A stretch of DNA of 64,000 nucleotides. It comes from Dehalococcoidia bacterium (lineage in GTDB: Bacteria; Chloroflexota; Dehalococcoidia; Lucifugimonadales; CAJWER01). Within the stretch, counting starts at the first letter, position 1. Each line of letters starts with the position of its first letter. Below the pieces are notes generated by a model. That model was not told where the DNA came from. It ran no database searches and worked only from the letters and a program-made list of their open reading frames with translations. The DNA is taken from NCBI GenBank assembly GCA_965243655.1, contig CBDEVV010000017.1:2275902-2339901 (forward strand), given 5' to 3'. Position numbers and translations under genes: made by a program. This document shows positions 19,370 to 27,300 of this stretch, piece by piece.

Positions 19370-20731
19370 CTACGCCCCCGCGAAACCGAAGGAGTAGAGC
19401 CTGGTCGACGTGAGGTAAAACTTGAGCCGTAGGGTCTGTCCCTTGAGGTGATCGAATGAGACGTGATTCTCCCACGTGATCCGCTGGCGCACTGAGTCGC
19501 TGTCGAAGGGGGCGCAGTCGATGTGGCGCATCCCGTCGACCTGCATACCGTCTGCGCCAAGCACCGCGACCTCCAGTACGCCTCCCCGGGCGTACGCGTT
19601 GACTTCGAGCTCGCCGCCCTGGCATACGAACGGCTGAGTGATCATCCAGCCTGTCTCCGAGCCGGCGTCCAGCGAGACGAACCCGTCGAGGCGCAGCTTG
19701 CTCAGGAATCCACGCCCATTCCTGTGCCTGCTGCCGTGGTCGCCGTCGGACCCGGAGCCGTAGAACCAGAGCTCGTCGCCGACCCGCACCGGCTCCTTGG
19801 CGCAGGCGACCATGCCCTGGTCGAGGCTGCCGCGCGGCCCAATTGGGATGAATGGCTGGCGGTCACCCGCTCGCGACCACTGGACGCCGTCATGGCTGAC
19901 CGCGAGCTGGACGTCCATCGTACCGCCCATCCTGCCGTGGGGCTCCTCGGGGTAGGTGTAGTACCCCCACGGCAGCCCGAGGTACAGGCCCTCGTATTTG
20001 AACACCGGCATGTTGTAGAACTCCAGGTCAGGCTCGTCATGGTCGGGTTGCAGGACGATCTCCGGCTCGCTCCAGCTGGTGAAATCGTCGCTGACCGAGC
20101 GTCCTACCAGCCGCCTGTTGATGCCCTTGTCGGCGTCGCGCCCCGGCCTGACGTACGCCACGTACTTGCCAACGTTGTCGTCCCAGCCGAGTAGCGAGTG
20201 GGTGTCGCCGGTACCTGTCAGGACCGGGTTGCCATCGAACTCTGTCCAGCGAATGCCGTCAGACGAGAAGGCCACGGATACCGACGCGGGCCTCTTCGGC
20301 TGTGGTCTCGGTATTGAGAAGTCCCAGTACAGCATCTTGTAGCGCCGCTCCGGGTCTGGGTCCCTGGGGTCGTGGATCACGTTGGGGACGCACGCCTCCT
20401 CCATGATCCGGTTGTTTGCCGAGCTCCCGGCTACCTCTATCAACCCCAGGTCAGGCTTGTGCCAGAAGATGCCGTCCATCGAGGTTGCGTAGCAGGCCGG
20501 GTAGCGGTCTTCGTACCAGCCCTGGTACCAGGCGCGGAATGAGCCGTCGTCGTCGCGCAAGACGGTGCCCACGAATCCGGCGTCCCTCTCCCATGGCAAT
20601 GACGGCCTGAGTATCGGGTTGCCGGCGTATTTGACCGGCTGATTCAAGGTCTTGGCGATGCAGCACGTCTCGGAGATAGCGCTGTCGTCGATGAAGAGCT
20701 GCCTGTTCTGGTATGGGTCGATGTGAGTCAT
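19370..20731 (-). CDS. Beta-propeller, glycoside-hydrolase-like protein (GH32/43/130-clan-like), paralog 1. Function uncertain.
   Basis: N-terminal NRQLFIDDSAISE...PVKYAGNPILRPSLPWE...FRAWYQG...ATSMDGIFWHKPDLG, and collinear with 21331-22845. I trimmed the start to the ATG at 20731 (MTHIDPY). The coding call is solid; the family assignment is from memory only. Confidence 0.5.
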   Translation of the reverse strand: MTHIDPYQNRQLFIDDSAISETCCIAKTLNQPVKYAGNPILRPSLPWERDAGFVGTVLRDDDGSFRAWYQGWYEDRYPACYATSMDGIFWHKPDLGLIEVAGSSANNRIMEEACVPNVIHDPRDPDPERRYKMLYWDFSIPRPQPKRPASVSVAFSSDGIRWTEFDGNPVLTGTGDTHSLLGWDDNVGKYVAYVRPGRDADKGINRRLVGRSVSDDFTSWSEPEIVLQPDHDEPDLEFYNMPVFKYEGLYLGLPWGYYTYPEEPHGRMGGTMDVQLAVSHDGVQWSRAGDRQPFIPIGPRGSLDQGMVACAKEPVRVGDELWFYGSGSDGDHGSRHRNGRGFLSKLRLDGFVSLDAGSETGWMITQPFVCQGGELEVNAYARGGVLEVAVLGADGMQVDGMRHIDCAPFDSDSVRQRITWENHVSFDHLKGQTLRLKFYLTSTRLYSFGFAGA

Positions 20732-20732
20732 G

Positions 20733-21011
20733 CTAGGCGTAGCCTTTCTTATCGGGGTCCTCGCGGAGTACCTGCCCATAGACCTGTTGCCCTTGGTCAA
20801 TGGCTGGACGCATCCTGGCGAAGTCCTCGGCCGTCAACTCTGGGTTATCCGGGTCCCTGGCGGCTCCCACACGGATGGCTGTGTCCTCGCCGTACTTCTC
20901 CTCTACCTCGTCGAACGTTAGATCACTTGCTGCGATCTCGCTGATTTGGCTATGCGTGAGGTCAACCGTCGCCGGGGCCGGACTGACATGGTCCTGCTTA
21001 AGCCTGGGCAT
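20733..21011 (-). CDS. BrnA/DUF4415-like antitoxin remnant (92 aa)
   Basis: The motif DPDNPELTAEDFARMRPA is typical of BrnA-family antitoxins. The ATG at 21011 is preceded by AGGAGA. It lacks the usual C-terminal ribbon-helix-helix segment. It lies directly downstream of a BrnT-like reading frame. Confidence 0.5.
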   Translation of the reverse strand: MPRLKQDHVSPAPATVDLTHSQISEIAASDLTFDEVEEKYGEDTAIRVGAARDPDNPELTAEDFARMRPAIDQGQQVYGQVLREDPDKKGYA

Positions 21012-21273
21012 AGTTTCTCTCCTCTTGCCTGCTCGCTCTGCGGAGACTGATGACTCTCCGTCTGTCACCCCGCTCTGTCCATATTACCGTATGGAGGCGG
21101 GCGCCAATGTAGCCCGTGGAGACGTAGCGGAGCTACCCGTGCCGCAGGATTGGCTGTTCGACGGCTGTACCCCACTCGAACTCCATGGCCGCCTTGAGGT
21201 CAACTTGGTGCTTCTCCAGGTTAGCCCGGCGTTTCGTCTCATCCCACTCGTACTCCACACAGGCATCATACAC
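20998..21273 (-). pseudogene. brnT: BrnT (DUF497) toxin gene interrupted by an in-frame TAG at 21133-21135
   Basis: Hand translation of the minus strand from the GTG at 21273 gives VYDACVEYEWDETKRRANLEKHQVDLKAAMEFEWGTAVEQPILRHG*LRYVSTGYIGARLHTVIWTERGDRRRVISLRRASRQEERNYAQA*. Both halves match the DUF497 pattern (EWD..K...N..KH ... G....V..T.RG...R.IS.R.A...E...Y). Each half is under 60 aa, so neither appears in the ORF track. Confidence 0.6.
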
Positions 21274-21330
21274 TCTTCAGGTAGATGTATCGGGTCTCAG
21301 GCTATATGATCCCTGCGGAGGTGACGCTTT

Positions 21331-22845
21331 ATGGCAAAAGGGAATCTGCCGTTGGATGTCGGGAATCGGAAGCAGCTGTTTATAGACGAGCGGTTTATCG
21401 AGCGGAGTGAGGACGTCGAGCTGACGATGAACCCGGCGTATATGAGCGAGGAGCCGGTCCTGGTCCAGGACAGGCCTTGGGAGGAGCGCATAGGCGGGTA
21501 CAACACGGTTATCAGGGAGGGGGACCGGTTTCGCATGTGGTATGACTTCACTCCGCCGGACGGCGATCCCTCCGGCATTACTCGCGGGGTTGCCTATGCG
21601 GAGTCGACCGATGGCATTCACTGGGAGAAGCCCGAGATCGGGCACGTCGAAATCTGCGGGAGCCTGGCGAACAACGTGGTGATACCGAGGCTTCCGGACG
21701 CTCCACGGGGCGAGACCGAGGGCGGCACAGTGATGCTGGACACGAACCCGGACTGCCCTGAAGAGGAGCGGTACAAGTTCTGGACGAAGGTGCGCGACAT
21801 CCCGCCGGAAGACCAGGCACGGGGCATGAAGGAACCTTTCTGGCAGATGTATTCGAGCGACGGCATCTACTGGAACGCCTACCCCGACCAGATCGATGTG
21901 CCGCAGTGCGACACGCAGAATGTGCCGTTCTGGGACGACCGGCTTGGCAAGTACGTGGGCTACGGGCGAACACGCAGACCGTACATGGGCTTTCGCGTGC
22001 GGGGCATAGGAAGGATCGAGTCCACGGACTTCCACGACTGGTCGGAAATGGAGGAGGTGTACCGTGCCGAGGCTTCCGAGTGGCGGTTCAGCCCGCCGGC
22101 GGAGTGCGCCGAGCGACTGGGCGGGTACGTGGACGTCTACACGAACGCGGCCTGCAAGTACCCGGAGGCCGAAGACGTATACCTGATGCTGCCCAGCTTC
22201 CTCTACCACTGGGAGTGCGTCGAGGTCGTCCAGGCAGAGGGTGACGAGGCGGGCGACATGCACGTCAACTTCCCCGACACCTCGGACGTTCGGCTGCTCA
22301 CCAGCCGCGATGGGGTGTCCTGGGCGCAGGCCCCCGGCCGGCGGCCGTTCCTGCGGGTGGGCCTGAAGGGCGGGGCCAGGTCGCGCCAGCTATACACGGC
22401 CCCCGGTTTCGTGAGGGTGGGGGACGCGCTCTGGAACTACTGCTCGGGCTCGAACCGGAACCACTCGCACCAGTTCGACGAGGAATCCGAGGAGATCAAG
22501 TACGGCATCTACGTGAACGAGTCGCGGCTGGACGGCTTCATCTCGGCCGACACGCCATACGAGGGCGGGTGGCTGGTTACGCCGCCAATAGTGTTCGAGG
22601 GGACTAGGCTGGAGCTCAACGTGGACACCAGCGCGGGGGGCACGGCGTCCGTCGAGATCCAGACGCCTGAGGGTTCGCCGATCGATGGTTTCTCGCGTGA
22701 GGACTGCGACACGATCAACGGCAACTCTACGAGGATGCCGGTGACGTACCGCGGCGACGCCGACGTGAGCGGGCTGGCGGGCAGGCCCGTACGGCTTCGG
22801 ATCGAGACTTACGACGCGAAGCTGTACGCCTTCCAGTTCAAGTAG
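21331..22845 (+). CDS. Beta-propeller, glycoside-hydrolase-like protein, paralog 2. Function uncertain.
   Basis: 504 aa with NRKQLFIDERFIE...RPWEE...FRMWYD...AESTDGIHWEKPEIG, collinear with paralog 1. RBS GGAGGTGA lies 8 nt before the ATG. Confidence 0.5.
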   Translation: MAKGNLPLDVGNRKQLFIDERFIERSEDVELTMNPAYMSEEPVLVQDRPWEERIGGYNTVIREGDRFRMWYDFTPPDGDPSGITRGVAYAESTDGIHWEKPEIGHVEICGSLANNVVIPRLPDAPRGETEGGTVMLDTNPDCPEEERYKFWTKVRDIPPEDQARGMKEPFWQMYSSDGIYWNAYPDQIDVPQCDTQNVPFWDDRLGKYVGYGRTRRPYMGFRVRGIGRIESTDFHDWSEMEEVYRAEASEWRFSPPAECAERLGGYVDVYTNAACKYPEAEDVYLMLPSFLYHWECVEVVQAEGDEAGDMHVNFPDTSDVRLLTSRDGVSWAQAPGRRPFLRVGLKGGARSRQLYTAPGFVRVGDALWNYCSGSNRNHSHQFDEESEEIKYGIYVNESRLDGFISADTPYEGGWLVTPPIVFEGTRLELNVDTSAGGTASVEIQTPEGSPIDGFSREDCDTINGNSTRMPVTYRGDADVSGLAGRPVRLRIETYDAKLYAFQFK

Positions 22846-22887
22846 TCGGCTGGTTGGTCCGGGGGACAGAGCGCCGGCCCAACCGGT

Positions 22888-22939
22888 GTTCATGGACGCA
22901 ACCGGGGTGGATACCGGCTTCCGCCGGTATGACGGCGTT
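22888..22939 (+). repeat. REP-like element, family A, copy 2 (hairpin ATACCGGC-ttcc-GCCGGTAT at 22911-22930)
   Basis: Same consensus as 9716-9770. The third stem pair is swapped (T:A to A:T), which preserves the palindrome. It lies between convergent genes. Confidence 0.75.
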
Positions 22940-22958
22940 GGAAGGCTCGTCGCGAGGG

Positions 22959-24065
22959 TCAACCGCCTGGGATGTAGAGGCTGCGGTCCTCGACCGGCAG
23001 GGTTACTCGCGCGCCGCCCTGCAGGTGGGAGTGAGCGATGCCGAACTGGGTTTCGACTGCCTGCATCGTGACGTCGATGTTGCCGGTGGTGCGTTCGCCG
23101 GTCTCGAGCTCGTTGATGATGTTGCGTATGGTCGCGACGGTCGGGCTGTCGCCGGTGGGGATGATCTCCGTCTCCTCGACGGACGAGGCCCCCTTGCCCG
23201 CACGTCTTATCTTGAAGAACGAGCCGTTCTCCCAGGAGTAGGCCTTGCCCTCCGTGCCGTACACCTCGATGTCCAGGCTGCCGATGGGCAGGTAAGTGGC
23301 CTCGACGCCTCCGTCGTATCCAACGCGGAAGTGGCCGACCATGGGATCCGCGATCTCCTCGCCCGGCGGCGGCACGAAGCTGTGGCTGGCCTCGTCGTAG
23401 TCCGGGTATGACCGCGGGCGGGCGGCGGACTGGCCGCTCTCAAGCAGGTCGCCCTTCTGGACCAGAGTGCCCTCGACCCACAGCGGCGCCGGGTCTCCGA
23501 TCTGCATTTGGACTAGGTCGATCGTGTGCGGGTGGTGCTTGATGATGTCGGTATACGTCGGCATGACGACGAACCGGGGTTCGCCGATAGCGCCGTCCGC
23601 GATGGCCGCGGCCATGCGCACGAACCCGTCGTGGTGGCGCCGCATAGAGCCCCAGTTGAAGGCGACGCCGTTGGACTTGACGGCGTCGCGGATGTTATCT
23701 GCCTCCTCTAGCGAGGCGCAGAGGCCCTTCTCGGCGTAGATGCCCTTCACGCCGTTCTCTGCGGCGAAGATGATCGGTGCGGCGCGGTGGACCGAGGCCG
23801 TGGTCACGCTGACGATGTCGGGCTGCTCCCTCTCGATCATCTCGCGGTAGTCGAGGTAGGTGTTGCTTACCCCGAAGCGCTTGCTGAACCGCTGGAGCCG
23901 CTCCTCGCCCCTGTTGGCGACGGCCACCACCTCGGTCTCGTCGATGGATGCGTAGGAGCTGAAGTGACCGTATGGGCTGGAGTATGCGTTGCTGGGGATC
24001 TCGTCTTCGATCAGGCCGCCCATTCGACCTGTCCCGATGATCGCTACCTTGTAATTGGCTGCCAT
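22959..24065 (-). CDS. Gfo/Idh/MocA-family NAD(P)-dependent oxidoreductase
   Basis: N-terminal Rossmann KVAIIGTGRMGG and the family layout with an AEKG (EKP-like) motif. Confidence 0.85.
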   Translation of the reverse strand: MAANYKVAIIGTGRMGGLIEDEIPSNAYSSPYGHFSSYASIDETEVVAVANRGEERLQRFSKRFGVSNTYLDYREMIEREQPDIVSVTTASVHRAAPIIFAAENGVKGIYAEKGLCASLEEADNIRDAVKSNGVAFNWGSMRRHHDGFVRMAAAIADGAIGEPRFVVMPTYTDIIKHHPHTIDLVQMQIGDPAPLWVEGTLVQKGDLLESGQSAARPRSYPDYDEASHSFVPPPGEEIADPMVGHFRVGYDGGVEATYLPIGSLDIEVYGTEGKAYSWENGSFFKIRRAGKGASSVEETEIIPTGDSPTVATIRNIINELETGERTTGNIDVTMQAVETQFGIAHSHLQGGARVTLPVEDRSLYIPGG

Positions 24066-24271
24066 GTGCTAGGCTCCTCATGAGCTGGATTGGGCAGCAC
24101 TCTAGCAGACGGTCAGGCCGCCGCGCAAACGGGACGATCCCACAGATGTACCATGCGACCACGTAGCATCTTGTAGCTGTAGAGGCCTTGTGATAACGTG
24201 CTCAACGAGCAAGCGCAACTAGTTGAGTGGATGGCTCCGACAAAGCCTGAAACTCCCTGGTTTCCGGGTAC

Positions 24272-24300
24272 TGAACAGCTGCGGGTCAGCCCTCTATAGT
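24272..24300 (+). promoter_or_regulatory. Candidate promoter for the giant Asp-box gene (TGAACA, 17-nt spacer, TATAGT)
   Basis: Hexamers read directly, 48 nt upstream of the ATG at 24348. Confidence 0.3.
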
Positions 24301-27300
24301 GAGCCTGTGGTCCACTAGCCGTCGAAGTCCTCCAGGATCGAGCCCGAATGAGACTGCAGAGAGCCATACGGTTCACAGCGCTCCTATTGGCAGGAGCGTC
24401 GGTTGCCCTAGTCGGCTTCATAGTGCTCCTAATGCTACTCCCCCAGGCTGCCCAAGTCCTCTTTGATCGCCAACAGCAGCGAATCCGCGATCATCAGACC
24501 GAGCAGGGACAATTCGAGGCCCAGCCGGTCAACCTCTATGGCTGGTCCACACAGTCCAGCATAGCCACCATTCTCGACGTCGAGTTCGTCGACGAGCGGA
24601 CTGGCTGGGCGGTAGGCACCGGCGGAGAAATACTGTCGACTTCGGACGGGGGCGCTGAGTGGACGACGCAGGAGAGCGGAACGACCCTGTCCCTCCACTC
24701 GGTCAGCTTCATCGACAGTAGAACCGGGTGGATCGCCGGAGACCGGGGACTCGTGCTTGGTACGACCGACGGCGGCACGGTATGGACGCCGCTCACCACC
24801 GGCACCTCCGTGCCGCTGCGCGGTGTCGATTTCGTGGATGCTTCAACAGGGTGGGTGGTCGACTCTATCGGGCGAGTCCTGTCCACGTCGAACGGCGGGG
24901 CAACCTGGACGGACACACAGGTCGCTTCCGCCTCGTTCGAGGGCCTGGACTTCATCGACAGGCTCCGAGGCTGGGCTGTGGGAAGCTCCGGTACCGTGGC
25001 CAGGACGACGGATGGCGGAGCAAGCTGGGATGTGGAGACGTTCGGGCGAGAGCTGCTGTTCGACACCAGCTTCACCGACGCGGAAACCGGTTGGGCGGTA
25101 GGAAGTGGGGGGACCATCCTGGGCACGGTGGACGGCGGGGGAACGTGGGTCCGTCAGTACGCAAGCACCGACACCTACATGCTGGACGTGGACTTCGTAG
25201 ACGGCTCGACAGGCTGGGCGGTTGGACGTGACGGCGCTGTCCTGGGCACCACCGATGGCGGGCGGACTTGGGCGGCCCAGTCGAGCGGCGTTGACGTCGC
25301 CCTCCTGTCCGTTGACGCCATTTCTGCTAAGAACGCAGTAGCTGTAGGCATCGCTGGCTTAATCATGGCTACGCATGACGGCGGCTCGACATGGCAGGTC
25401 GTGAGGGTGCCAGAGGCGCTGTTAGACCTGGACTTTACAGACTTCTCCAACGGCTGGGCCGTGGGCACGCTCGGGCTGGTTCTTCGCACCCAGGATGGGG
25501 GAAGAACGTACGAAGAGCTTCCCGCCTCAACTGACAGGCGCCTGCACGGCGTTGAGTTCCTCGACTCCGCTAACGGTTGGGTCGTGGGCGAGGCCGGGAC
25601 TATCATGCGCACGGTGGACGGGGGACAGAGCTGGCTGCCACAGGCTAGCGGCGTCGCGGAGACACTGAGGGGAGTCCAGTTCATCGACTCGAGCTCGGGC
25701 TGGGCTGTGGGCGACTCGGGCATCGTACTGGCGACCTCCGACGGAGGGGTCGTCTGGCGGGCCGTAAGGGTAGGGAACGACACCCTCTTCGACGTCGAGT
25801 TCCTGGACGCCACCACAGGGTGGGCAGTGGGCGAGAACGGTGCACTATTCACGACGACCGACGGCGGAGTCACCTGGATGGCGGCGCCGAGCGGGATTCA
25901 GCAACACCTCTACGACCTCGACGCCTTAGATCAAGACAAGATATGGGCGGTCGGAGCGAACGGCACGGTGCTGCACTCGCCCAACGGCGGGCAGGCGTGG
26001 GCCGAGCAGAGAAGTGGCACGGGGGAGGACCTGCTCAGCGTGGGCTTCGCAAGCGCCAAGAGAGGCTGGGCGGTCGGCAGACGTGGGACGATCATCAGGA
26101 CTGAGGGTGGCGGAGGGTCATGGAGCCTCGAGGAGGTTGGGACCCGTCACGACCTCCACAAGGTCCACGTTGTGGACGGGACCACCGCCTTCGCAGTGGG
26201 GGACCTGGGCCTGCTCCTGGGGTACACCGGAAGCCCCGATGTCTTCCTCGGCGTGAACCCCTGGGTGATCGGGCTGGTCCTTCTTACTGCATTAGCGTCT
26301 GTATATCTCTGGAGGCGCTACGTTGCCGGGCCCTTCGAGAGAGGGCTGAGGCAGCAACCGCGAACGGCTGACCGACCGCTGCAGACCGCGACGAGGGGGC
26401 CAGACAGGCAGCCGTCTTTCGCACTCGCGGCTGGCGAAGACAACCAACCTCGAACCAACGGGGGATGGGGCGGTTGGTCTTATGCTGCCGTCGACGCGCT
26501 CAGGGGTCGCGCCCGAACGGGGCTACGGCCAGCCATACGATTCGTAGCGCTTCTACTGGTAGGCGCCTTGGCTACGCTGGTGGGCTTCATAGTACTCCTT
26601 ATGATGGCCCCCCCGCTGTTCCAATGGCGGTACGACCAGGTCCTCCAGAAACAGCAACACTTTCGTGAAACTCAGCAGGCCTACTACTCGGCCCAGCCAC
26701 ACAACCTTTATGGCTGGACCACACAGTCGAGCCTGGTCACCATTCTCGATGTCGAGTTCATCGACGAGCGGACCGGCTGGGCGGTAGGCTCCGGCGGCAA
26801 GATCCTATCGACTTCGGACGGGGGCGCTACCTGGTCTCCGCAGGAGAGTGGAACGACACTGTCGCTCCACTCGGTCAGCTTCATCGACGGCATGACAGGG
26901 TGGATCGCTGGTGACGGGGGACTCGCGCTCGGCACGACCGATGGCGGCGCGGGGTGGAAGCCCCTCGACACGAGCACCGGCGCTCCGTTGCGCGGTGTCG
27001 ATTTCATTGATGAGAATACGGGATGGATGGTCGACTCGATGGGGCGGGTGCTGTCCACGTCGAACGGCGGGGCTACCTGGATTGCCACCCAAGCCGCTTC
27101 CGCCTCGCTAGAGAGCCTGGACTTCATAGACGGGCTCCGTGGCTGGGCCGTAGGAGGCGCCGGCACGATAGCCAGCACCACAGACGGGGGCGCCAACTGG
27201 ACTGCCGAGTCGCTCGGGCGTGAACTGCTATTCGACGCCAGCTTCGCCGACGCGGACACAGGCTGGGCGGTAGGAAGCGGGGGGACCATCCTGAGCACCG

